A DNA stretch of 64,000 bases from Octopus vulgaris (Eukaryota): positions 48,608,001 through 48,672,000 of the forward strand of contig OX597825.1 of NCBI GenBank assembly GCA_951406725.2, given 5' to 3'. Both the position numbers and the translations under genes were made by a program. Below are positions 26,851 to 38,600 of the stretch, in pieces; position 1 is the first letter of the stretch, and each line of letters starts with the position of its first letter. Below the pieces are notes generated by a model. That model was given only the letters and a program-made list of their open reading frames with translations. It had not been told where the DNA came from and searched no databases.

Positions 26851-28575
26851 TTGTGTGTCTGTGTTTGTCCCCCCAACATCGCTTGACAACTGATGCTGGT
26901 GTGTTTACGTCCCCGTAACTTAGCGGTTCGGCAAGAGAGACTGACAGAATAAGTACTTGGCTTACAAAGAATAAGTCCTGGGATCGATTTGCTCGTCTAA
27001 AGGCGGTGCTCCAGAACGGCTGCTGTCACATGACTGAAACAAATAAAAGAATAAAAGAAAGTTCAGTGTCGGTGTTTTCTTTTTTGATGATCTTAAGCTT
27101 TATGTTAGCATCCGCTGAGGAATGGATTTCCACAACTGTACAATTTCTCTTCTCTATCACAAATTAGTATGTCAGGTATATAATGTTTATATTTTATAGC
27201 GGTCTTCACTGGGACATTCCACCAGTACTCTTTTTTATTATGAGTGGCTATGGCTTCTACCATACTGCATGTTCTTATTCTTCCGACGGATCTCATTATA
27301 CAATGTCCTAGCTACAACATCATGTCTCATCTGTAGATAAATCGTAATGACATTTTTGAACAACTGCTTATGATGTGGATGATATATTCGGTGTCAGCTC
27401 CAAAACGTCTTTATCAGTTGCACATTTTATTGCTTTTCCTGCGTTTCTGTCCCTTCTGTGCATGAAGTATTTGGTTGATATTTCTTGTTTCTGTATTGCA
27501 AACGCATACCCTTCAAAGTGAGAATTAGTAATCCGGCTTTTGGTCCAAAATAGACTGCTATGATGATTACCGCTACTACTATTTCGGGGCTTTCTACTAA
27601 CATATCCATTGATGGTCTTCTGCTGATATATGCTCATCCTTTCATCTGATGATATGCTGCGGTAGAGTCGTGCGATGTCTTTGGGTATATATTTAAAATT
27701 ATCAGACAAGGAATGCTGCTCAAGGAGCTGCTTTCCAAGTCTTATGATATTATCAGCCTCATGTATGCAAACTTGGTCAAGGGATGCACTTCCACACATA
27801 GTGGTTAAAAGATGTTGCCGAAGGAATATGATACGACATTCAAAGGCAGTCTGATGTTAAGCCTCTGCCCTCTTGTTTTCGTTTTAGGTAGGGGTAGTTT
27901 ACGTCACTGTTGATGTGCAAATTATGTGTGCTGGTTGCTATCTTCCAGGTTTTCGCTTACGCAGCAATGGCTCGGATCCCACCAAGCGTCCAGTCAAGTA
28001 GCTCAAATGTTGGTGTGAATGCTGGCACTTCATATATATTGTGGGCCACCGTTTTATCGAATGTAGAGAGTTCCAAGGTTCATATTTTCTTTATTCGGTT
28101 GTAATATTCTTTAGTGACACGGGTCTCGTTACAGGTGCATCGTAAGATATGTTTTAATTCACCCTAAGGTACCTGTAACATTCCACATCAGATACAGGGG
28201 AAACAGTTAGGTCATTAATGGAGATGTTAGTCTGTTTTACTGTTTTCCCTCATTTCACAACCATATAGCAACATTTATCCTGATCAAACATCGACCCTCT
28301 AGCCTTTGAAAATGTTAAAAATAGTGAGTAATTTTGGGATTTCTGTTTCCTTGTGAACCAATGAGATATCCTTCAGACTTCCTTAACATGAATGACAAGG
28401 GGTTTACTGAAAGTATAAGCATCACAAAGAGAATGTCCAGTGTGAAAATTCTCTGAGATACTATATTCTATCAGTAATGATACGATTACTCCTTGTATTT
28501 AACTTCAAGATGGTGGCCTACGATGAACTCATGTCAACTATAGTTTTGACTGGAACTTTAGCTAGTCAAAGGGCT
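26184..28575 (-). mobile_element. R4/Dong-like RLE retrotransposon fragment (same family as 14809-16025), interrupted by a SINE, flanked by (TATG)n
   Basis: RYLRVN..ISY, HFEGYAFAIQ.QEISTKY, EYWWNVPVKTAIKYKHYIPDI, ELLRNIQLLYPDY..IIGALG; 5' boundary approximate. Confidence 0.8.
26599..27060 (+). mobile_element. Intact tRNA-derived SINE with internal (TA)n(TG)n
   Basis: GGCGCAGGAGT..GTGGTAAG (A box), GGTTCAGTCCC (B box), ccttgggcaagtgtctt core, tail gactgaaac..aataaaag. Confidence 0.92.
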
Positions 28576-28979
28576 TGTATGTATGTATGTATGTATGTAT
28601 GTATGTATGTATGTATGTATGTATGTGTGTATGTATGTATGTATGTATGTATGTATGTATGTATGTATGTATGTATGTATGTATGTATGTATGTATGTAT
28701 GTATGTGTGTGTGTATGTATGACGAATTGCTTTTTCGAATCAGATAGTATAGCGGTTAGCCAATGCTTAGAACTCCATCTATATGCAAATTTTAGTCAAG
28801 CATTATAAATGATTTATCTTCTGAACTTTTTTGGCATTATATACATATGAACAATTTACAGAAGTTATATTCAAGAGCAGGATAAAATAAGTGAATTATA
28901 ATTCCATTCTTTTATGCGTTTCAGACGAAAGGCTGTGAGTTTCGCTGTTAATTTGATACTGTTGGGGTAACCATAGCAT

Positions 28980-29308
28980 AGAGTTAGTTCCCCCTTTTAT
29001 TATGAAATCATAAAGTGCATAATTTTAACGCGTTTTATTAACGAATACTACTATGTTGGGTGGTTGTCGTTACGTAGACGATTACACACATGCATCGGAA
29101 CGTCACACAATTTTAAATTAGCATTGTCAAGTAACTGATGCTAGTAAAAATAATGAAATAAATTACAATTTTACTCTGAAGATCTGGTTCTTCAATATGA
29201 TTATGCAATCGCCAAACTAGCTTTTACTTCACAACATACTAGTGTTCGATAGTGAAACACGTGTAAAGATTATGCACTTGATGTTATAATAAAAAGATGA
29301 CTACCTTC
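28980..29308. mobile_element. MITE-like element with ~75 bp inverted arms
   Basis: ttttattat..aagtgcataat..cgaatactactatgttg vs caacatactagtgttcg..attatgcactt..ataataaaa. Confidence 0.65.
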
Positions 29309-29340
29309 TGCGTTATTCTGCTCTTGTATATATATTTATA

Positions 29341-29597
29341 TTTTATCTTTTATCTGTTTCAGTCATTAGACTGCGGCCATCCTGGAGCACCACCTTGAAT
29401 TTTTAATCGAATCAACCCCAGCACTTATTTCTTAAGCCTGGTACTTATTCTATCGGTCTCTTTTGCCGAACCACTAAGTTACGGGGACGTAAACACCAGC
29501 ATCGGTTGTCAAGCGATGTTAGGCGGGGGACAACACAGACACACAAACATATATACACACGTACATACATACATATAAGAAGCCCGTTGTGTATATG

Positions 29598-29653
<56 letters not shown>

Positions 29654-29824
29654 CATATACACAACGGGCTTCTTTCAGTTTCCGTCTACCAAATCCACTC
29701 ACAAGGCTTTGGTCGGCCCGAGGCTATAGTAGAAGACACTTGCTCAAGGTGCCACGCAGTGTCACTGAACCCGGGACCATGTGGTTGGTAAGCAAGCAAC
29801 TTACCACACAGCCACTCCTACGCC
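29341..29824 (-). mobile_element. Intact tRNA-derived SINE (same family as 26599)
   Basis: Reverse-complement match over the full length. Confidence 0.92.
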
Positions 29825-29869
29825 TATATATATATATATATATATATATACACTTTTTTTTAATCCAAG

Positions 29870-31095
29870 GGGAGGCAATGCGAGCAGCAACTACAAGAAC
29901 ACTACAAAATCCACAGAAAGATCAAACACATATATATATATATATTCATATATTCATTTATATCTACAGAACAGATATAAAGCCCGTCGCTTAAAAATTT
30001 AGTAATATATAAATACATAAACATCATATAAAAGTATATAAATATATAAGAGAATCAATGTTGCATATATAACACCTTGAATTTACGCTTAGACTCGTAA
30101 AACATTTGGTATAAATTTGTTAAATCAAAAGTTTGGGGTAATAAAACATACAATGACATAAATAAAAGACTCCCCCATCAGGATGTTTTATACGCACAAC
30201 ACATAGTACACGGGAACAACTGCACAATTACGTACCGGCTATATTCGAAAGACGAGACATTACGTACTCCCGAAAAATTCTCATAGATACTGAATGCTAC
30301 TTTATAAGTATATAATTCAATCCAGCAGCCATAGTAAATGGTATGCGCACAGCTCCATCTGGACTATTTCACTTCTGCACTTAATTTAATTTAATCTTTT
30401 AACTTCTCCCATGCATGCAAAGCCACATATTCGAGTTCAAAGTCCTTGACACATTTTATACTACTTGCTATTTTTTCTTTTAATTATTATATTACGATTC
30501 AATTATTATACTTTAGTTATATTTTAATTACTACTAACTATATTTACTATATTTAATTCAATTGTTATTGTTACCTCTAACTTTTATTGCTATTTTTATT
30601 TCTAAATTTCTTATGGAACGTCGAGTGGATCTTATGCGTACACGCTGGTATTGAATCAGTGAATTTATTTAACATTGCGTTGTTGTAATTTTTCAATATA
30701 ATATATGCTTTCCTTATGCACAAACCGCATCTAGTGGACCCAATTCTATATGGGGAGGAGGCATGTGCAAGGATAGTCCACGATAATTTAAATTTAACAT
30801 TCCTTTCCTTAAGGTCATTAACATATAATGCTAATGTTGTAGATGTCCTATATTTAGGATTGTTGAAAGGTGGGATTGATATCTCTGCTTAAAGTCTACT
30901 GAGCTTCCAATATATATTTTTCTCTGGCCTCCTTGAGTCTCAACACTACATTTATAAATTACATTTTCCTGGCGACAATTTCCGCTAATCGGACATACTG
31001 ATGGGTCCCTACAATTACACTTATTCAGCCTGTTACGGGGTCTCGTATTACCGATCTCTCCGAAACCTTGCCCCCTCCCAGTACTATGATCCACT
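29870..31095 (-). mobile_element. Penelope-like element 3' fragment (GIY-YIG domain and 3' UTR)
   Basis: CNCRDPSVCPISGNCRQENVIYKC..KIYIGSS..FKQRYQSH; downstream WTILA..CGLC; UTR boundary approximate. Confidence 0.8.
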
Positions 31096-33445
31096 ATGTG
31101 TGCGTATGTGTGCGTGTGCTAGTGGGTGTATGTGGGTGTGCGTGTATGTGTGTTTAATTCTACTTTAATTCTACTCCATTTTATTAAATTTTCGTTTTTG
31201 TTGAAAGTTATTCCACTTCACTTATATAAATACCGTGGAAAAGGCATGGCAGTTACTACATCTAATTTTCTTTGTCTAAAATAATCATGCTATTGGCGCT
31301 TAGTGAAAAAATCTTTATAAAGCAATATTCACGATTTACCACACAAAATGTAGTAAAAATCCTGACGTTCATGAATAGAGAACATGATGATAATGGTATT
31401 TTGAAGAAGATATTTCTATTCAGCCAGTGAAACAAATATCAATATATCATGAATATCGTTATTTCCTTTTATTTTGACATTGATTAGATTAGTTTTTATT
31501 CCACTTAATTTTATTCCACGCGGCCATAATGTAGTTAAGCGTGTTATCTGGCTAATATGAGTTCAAACTCTACCAACGTTGCTCGATAAAAATATAATTC
31601 ATGTTGTCATCATTTTATCGAACTAAAAAATTATTTATTCATATCGATCGCTTAAATTAGACGAATGGATAGATTTCTTTTATTTTCAAGTGCTTTTGTA
31701 CGTTTTAATAGGCATTTTCTTTTATTTTTTCTACTAAAATCTGGAACTCCATCGTAACATTGGGATATCATCACGTATTTTAACGTGTTTGGACTCCAAT
31801 ATGTCACTAATTTAGAATTTATAATGGGATGAGCTGTTATAGTGTAATGAGTAGACCTCATTACATTACTGGTAGTTAGTGTATAATAGGAATTCATTTA
31901 CAGTGTACTGAGTGGACTCCAGTGTGGTGGTGTTTATTTTATCTACACCAGAGAGATGAAAAGAGAAGTCAGAGGCAGCAATAGTCAGTCATCCAGCCAT
32001 GATCATTCTGTAATACTGGAACAAGAATTTACACTGTTCAATATGTCCTTCGAATTTTTTAAAGATTGTACAAAGCATTTTCAAGGGGAATAGCATGTTA
32101 ATTGACTTTCTAAACTCTATTGTTGAATCAATGAATTGCTGAAGGAAGATTTACAATGATTATGATTCTGCTTACTATTACTGACCTGGAAGACAAACTT
32201 ATCCAAATTATGTTTTACATCTTCGGCTTAAGGCACCTGAGTCACGTCATTGTGCCACCGAGGCCACGTTGCTACAGCTACCGGAGCCACGTTACAGGAA
32301 CCCTCGGAGCCACCGGAGTAACGTTAAGGGTTTATTTGGATAAATAATGAAACAGCAGGAACTCCTTTCAGAAAAAAATCTTGGGCTTCCACACGACTGT
32401 CACAATCTTTGTTGATATCTTCCTGACACCAAAGTTTGGTACTAACCAGAATGTTGGCACTATTAGATGTTACTCTTTTGATACAATGACAGTGCAGAAG
32501 AGTATAAAAAAACTAGAACTTCTCTCTACAAAAAATCTTCACTATTAAAAGAAGAAAACAAAGTTTTCTTTACAAAATAAGTTTTAGTTTTTTAGAAAAT
32601 TGTTGTTGATTTTTAATCCTAGGTCCACTGTAACCGAGCAGACCTATTATCAAAGACACTCCAGGCATTGTGTACCTGAGAAAGTCCTTTGATTTTGTAT
32701 CAACTGAGAAATTTATCAAATTTTTAAAAACTTATTTAATATAACAATTCCGACATATTGATGGCGATCATTAATGCGCGTGCATGCACACATACGCACG
32801 ATATTTATGACTTGTCTTATTTAACATTTTATAACCGTGTCATTGTGTTCAATAAAAGACAGCTTGCATTTAAAGCCGGATGAACAATGCTATAAATATA
32901 AAATACAAACCAGAGCTGTAAAGTTTTTATAGCTAATTTATGCTGATTAGAAGCTAAAAAATAAAAATAAAAACATTAAGTTCCCGCATCCTTTAAAACA
33001 GAGATTTACGATGTAGGAAACTACAGCTTGTACAATTACACGGAGGAACACGATAACATAAATTAGTTTTTATTAATTAGTTAATCTGATGGTCTATGTG
33101 GCTTGGGGTAAACTATAGTTATTTTGGTTAGGTTATTTCCGAGTTTAAGTGATCAAAGAAAGTTTGATGAAAGAGCTTCAAAAGTAAAGATTTGGTAATA
33201 ATTTCGATTCTGTTGCTTCTCCTCAGGTCGTCACACATCTACGCACTCATATTGCAGGCACAAATATCTACATAAATCATAGTTTAAGGTAAAAAAAAAG
33301 TTCTGCATAGCAGCAAGATAGATTAATGTTTAAGACAGGGAAACATTGATTCACGAATATGATAGGTCATAGTTTAGAGTTGAGAAATATGTCACAGAGA
33401 TATGGTATATTGTAGTGTAGAGCAGAGACGATGTATTTCTCACAA

Positions 33446-33543
<98 letters not shown>

Positions 33544-33544
33544 T

Positions 33545-34345
33545 ATTTTAAATAAAAGGGTAAAATCAGTAATAAATTTAACAGGTAGTCAGTGCGGAAA
33601 TAAAAGCCTCATAAGTAAATTTTACAAAATATTTTATAATTATATACATAATTACAAGGGATTGGCTTTACGTCTCACCACGCACTGCAAGAAATAGACG
33701 CTAAAGCCCATATTACCACCTGAAAATCTCCGAGAACAACACACTATATTGTAGGCAACAAGGCTGGTTAACTCCGTACACGATAGAGTTTCAATCTTAA
33801 AGTAAAATTTAAATATTTCCCTTACTGCTCTCATCAACGGACGTATTCCATAGGATAAATTTACCAGTGTTTTAAAAAATGCATGCGATCGGCGACTTAT
33901 TGATTTTACCTGTTTATTATAATTAATATTTGAATAAATTTACTCTATGAATGAAAATGGCTTTTACTGCGGTCTAGATCTTAACACACTACACGTGGGT
34001 ACAAAAGAGGGATGTGAATTATACTTGGCGGTATATTTTTACGAGTGTGGATGGATATTGGTCAAGCGATGTCGCCGATCGCATGCATATTTTGAAATAC
34101 TTGTAAATTTATCTTATGGAATGCGTCCGCTGATGAGAGCAGTGAAATATTAAAATTTTACTTTAAGCTTGAAACTCGATCGTGTATTGAGTTAACCAAC
34201 CTTTCTTTTGCTTGCCTACAATATAGTGTGTTATTATCTGAGATTTTTAGGTGGCAATAGGGTCTTTAGCGTATATTTCTTGCAGTGTGTAGTGAGGCGC
34301 AAAGCCGATTCCTTGTTATAATTATGTATATAATTATAAAATATT
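33545..34345. repeat. Inverted duplication of a hammerhead-bearing non-coding repeat, embedded in (TA)n
   Basis: ~270 bp arms at ~33626-33896 and ~34071-34345 in opposite orientation. Confidence 0.85.
34130..34194 (+). ncRNA. Hammerhead-like core (second copy on the minus strand at ~33768-33837)
   Basis: CTGATGA-GAGC-agtgaaat..attttact..-GCTT-GAAA-CTCGAT-cgtgt-ATTGAG-TT; stem I not evident. Confidence 0.45.
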
Positions 34346-34433
34346 ATATATACATACATACATATATATATATATATACATATACATACATATATATATA
34401 TATATGTATATATACATACATACATATATATAC

Positions 34434-34465
<32 letters not shown>

Positions 34466-34699
34466 GCATACACATATATATATGCATATATATATATATA
34501 TATATACATACATACATATATATATATATGCATATATATATACCTATATATATATACACATATATATATATGTATATATATATGTATGTATGTATGCATG
34601 TATGTATGTATAATACATATACATACATGCATATATATATATATGTATGTATAATAACTAAACAGTGGGAAATCATTTTACCTGAGTTATAATAATAGC

Positions 34700-34830
34700 T
34701 TCAAATTTTGGCACAAATCCAGCAATTTCAGTGGGGAGGGGCAAGTCAATTACATCGGCCCCATTGCCCAACTGGTACTTATTTTCCAACCCTAAAGGAT
34801 GAAATATAAAGTTGACCCCAGCAACATTTC
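34700..34830 (-). mobile_element. Meta-domain SINE 3' part
   Basis: caactggtacttatttt..aaggatgaaa..aaagttgacc. Confidence 0.65.
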
Positions 34831-34846
34831 AATTAGTCCCACCTTT

Positions 34847-35090
34847 GTCCTCAAATATGTAACACTGCGCACTGTTCTCAAGGGTGTGACATTGAGGTGT
34901 ATTCTCAGATATAAACTATGATGTGTTCTCAAATATGAGACAATGCGACATATTCTCAGATATATGACATTGTATTGTGTTCTCAGATATGTGACATTGT
35001 GACGTGCTCTCAAATTTATGATATTGTGACATGTGTTCAGATATGTGACAATGTACTTTGTTCTCAGATATTCTGTATTGTGTCTTTTGC
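34847..35090. repeat. 27-bp minisatellite, about 9 units
   Basis: Consensus GTTCTCAGATATGTGACATTGTGA(C/T)(A/G)T. Confidence 0.85.
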
Positions 35091-35829
35091 TCAAACTTGT
35101 GGTCTTCTCTCTTCAGTAGTCCAGTATATCCTCTTCCCAAACAGTGAAATTGTGCCAATTTTATAAATCATCATTATAAACAATGTTACATTGTGAAAGA
35201 AATCGTTTGTGCTCAATTTCTGACATTCACAACTGTTAATTCTCCTTTGGCTGTATTTAGGCCGTTATAGGGTTAAACTAATAATTTTTATTATAAAATA
35301 TATACAAAAAAGACATTTGTGGGTGAGAATTGTTATTTAGCTCAACAAGCCAAAAGTTCTACAAAACGAAAGAGCAATAAACATTTTGATTATATTTTAT
35401 ACTTTTGGAAGTAAAACTAAAATAATCTCGGCTTTTTAAAGGTTTAGAGGTGAAAAGGAAAGTTGCCAAGATTTCCTTTCTTTTTGATGCAGACGATGAC
35501 AGACATTTATAAAATTACTGACATAAAATATAGGAAAGAACATATAAATTTACATATATTTCCATTTATAGTTTAATATATACGCGACTACGGGAGGATA
35601 ATGGCATATGAGAAGAGCTGAATTATAGTAAACATGTCTTCATTATATGCAAGTCAAGCGGTGAACACTAAAATGAATATGAAAGAATACAGGAAGACTG
35701 ACATCTTAGTAAGACAGACTTGAAAACTTTACATAATTTGTATATCTGGATTTCTAAGAATGCATTCATTCATTCATTCATTCATTCAGTCATTCATTCA
35801 CCCATTCACTCATTCATACATATGTTACA

Positions 35830-35990
35830 CGATAACGTGGTCGACCAGACAATCGGATGTTATACATCTTCCGTCACTACGCGCTTTGTATTGTTTTGCT
35901 CAAAATCATAACACGTAGCCGGTCTGGGAATTGAAACCACGGTCTCACGATCATGTGTGCAACACGCCTAAACACTAGGCCATGCGTCTT
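35830..35990 (-). mobile_element. tRNA-derived SINE, 5' part
   Basis: Minus strand gcatggcctagtgtttagg..catgatcgtgag..ggtttcaattcccagaccgg..gagcaaaac. Confidence 0.7.
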
Positions 35991-36029
35991 CTCTCTCTCG
36001 CTTTCTTTCTCACCCCCACACACCCCCAC

Positions 36030-36061
<32 letters not shown>

Positions 36062-36348
36062 GCACACAGACGCGCGCACACACACAAGCTTTATATATAT
36101 ATATATATATATACGAGAAAGAAGCAACAAGAATGGATTAGTTTTTAGTACAATTGTTTCATACAAAGACAGGCTTTATTACAAGTTGCAAAAATTGCAG
36201 CAGATAAAAGTGTCCCGTACTCATCAGCTAAAATACATTTGAGTTCTCTAGACATCTTAGTGGGTGAGGCTATACTCATGAAATATTGGAGATAATTCCA
36301 TTAGAGGCAGATATAGGTTGTAAACAGTTTTCCAAAGTTCCTTAATGA

Positions 36349-36552
36349 TGATGCACAGTCTTATCACAGATTTTTAAAAAACTTATTAGTTTCGAAGAAA
36401 AGATGAATCAATCCATAGTGTAGATTTAAATTTCCAGAGATATGAGGAGGATGATGCACAGACTTATCACAGGTTTTTAAAGACTTATTAGCTTCACAGA
36501 AAAGGTGAATTAATCCATAGTGAAGATTTACATTTCCAGTGGTAAGAGGAGG
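36349..36552. repeat. Tandem duplication, 2 x 102 bp
   Basis: atgatgcacag.cttatcacag..aatccatagtg.agattta.atttccag..gaggagg occurs twice. Confidence 0.85.
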
Positions 36553-36576
36553 AATTTCAATAAGACTTAATTGCTT

Positions 36577-36628
<52 letters not shown>

Positions 36629-36629
36629 A

Positions 36630-36695
<66 letters not shown>

Positions 36696-36696
<1 letters not shown>

Positions 36697-36856
36697 GCGC
36701 AGGCATGGCTGTGTGGTAAGAAGATTGTTTCTCAAGTACATGATTCCGCGTTCAGTTCTACTGTGTGGCACCTTGGGCAAATGTCTTCTACTATAGTCTA
36801 GGGCTGACCAAAGCTTCGTGAGTGGATTTGGTAGGCGGAAACTGAAAGAATCCTTT

Positions 36857-36899
<43 letters not shown>

Positions 36900-37285
36900 G
36901 TACATATGTATTTATGTGTCTGTTTTTGTGTCTGAGTTTGTCCCGGCCATCACTTGACAACCGATGTTGGTATGTTTACGTCCCTGTAACTTAGCTGGTC
37001 GGCAAAAGAGCCCGATATAACAAATACAAAGCTTACAAAGAATTAGTCCTGTGGTCGACTTCTTCAGATATACAAATTATGTAAAGTTTTCAAGTCTGTC
37101 TCACTAAGATGTCAGTCTTCCTGTATTGTTTCATATTCATTTTAGCGTTCACCGCTTGACTTGCATATAATGAAGACATGTTTACTATAATTCAGCTCTT
37201 CTCATATGCCATTATCCTCCCGTAGTTACGTATATAGTAAACTTGGCTGCAGTCTAATGATTGAAACATGTAAAACAATAAAAGA
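36696..37285 (+). mobile_element. tRNA-derived SINE with a 179-bp insertion in its 3' tail
   Basis: Matches the 26599 copy up to 37064; tail resumes at ~37244 (tggctgcagtctaatgattgaaac). Confidence 0.88.
37065..37243 (-). repeat. Inverted near-identical copy of 35570-35748
   Basis: Base-by-base reverse complement, about 6 mismatches in 179 bp. Confidence 0.92.
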
Positions 37286-37299
37286 ATATCTATTTAGGG

Positions 37300-37977
37300 C
37301 AGGTAAACTTTCCGAGATCCATGGACAGTATTCTCTCCAACGGTCCTTGTCCCTCATCATCGCTACTATGTCCTGCGCTCCCAGAGACCAGTGTCTGTCC
37401 TTAAAGCATCAACATATGTCATCCTTCGCCTCCTTCTTCTAGTGTATCCATGTAGGGGCTCCCACTGGAGTACTGAGTGCCGTATCAACTCTGAATGATG
37501 GTGAGCATGTACAGCTAACCTCAGTCTCCTCTGTGTTATTTTCGAGCTAACTTTTGGGAGGCCCTCGTACAACTGATTACAGAACTCCAGGACGATATTA
37601 TCAAAATCATACCTCTTCACTATCTCTGGTGCTACTCCCTCTTTTCCATAGGTCTTGCATTCCTTGATCTTCTTGGTTCTCTGAAGCTCCTCTGTGGCGA
37701 AGGGTACTGTCTCAACATCCAGTTCCTCAAACAGCTGCCTGATCTCCTCAGGGTTCTGGGTTGTGGAAGGCGGCTCACCTAGTAGGATCTTAAAATGGCC
37801 AAGCCATTTGCTCTTCCTATCCTCGGGCCCTGTTCCCTGGATCTGACTCAAACTCCCTCTCTTCCTCCCTGTGATGTCATTGATAATCGTCCAGTTCTCT
37901 TTACACCTAAACTCGTCAACCGCTCTCTCCGCCTCTCTGGCCTCAGTGTAAGCGGTAGAGAGTTCTTCCTCCATCAT
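37300..37977 (-). mobile_element. RTE-like LINE fragment with an internal deletion
   Basis: WTIINDITGRK, WLGHFKILLG, GKEGVAPEIVK..LEFCN joined directly to LPKVSSKITQRRLRLA.H..W.P.HG. Confidence 0.75.
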
Positions 37978-37981
37978 TTGA

Positions 37982-38076
<95 letters not shown>

Positions 38077-38289
38077 TCCTATGGTTAGTCATAGTCAACA
38101 TCCTTGATACTTGCAATGTTATAAATATTCCTATTCTTACATAAAAAATAAAATCAGATACTTTTAACAAGATATTTCCTTTAAATATTCTAAGCTATCG
38201 TCAATAAAACATCCGATGTGAGGACTAAAGTGATTTAAATTCTGTGATTGTTCGGAATATGACAGATGACTAAAGAAACCTTATCTCCC

Positions 38290-38387
38290 ACTGCTTCTAC
38301 CACCACTACCACCACCACCACCACCACCACCATTACCGCAACCATCGCTTTTACAACCGTGCTACCGCTGCCGCCTCCGCTACTACT

Positions 38388-38430
<43 letters not shown>

Positions 38431-38468
38431 AAACAACAACAAAAACGACGACAACAACAACAACAACA

Positions 38469-38512
<44 letters not shown>

Positions 38513-38524
38513 CACCACCACCAT

Positions 38525-38575
<51 letters not shown>

Positions 38576-38600
38576 CACTACTATTGATGCTGCTGCTGCG
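38290..38600. repeat. Compound (CAC)n/(CAA)n/(CTA)n microsatellite
   Basis: Direct observation. Confidence 0.95.

Noticed and set aside
32200-32340. GC-rich gccac repeats ending in ttaagggtt (piggyBac-like end)
   Set aside because: No TTAA target and no matching opposite end found
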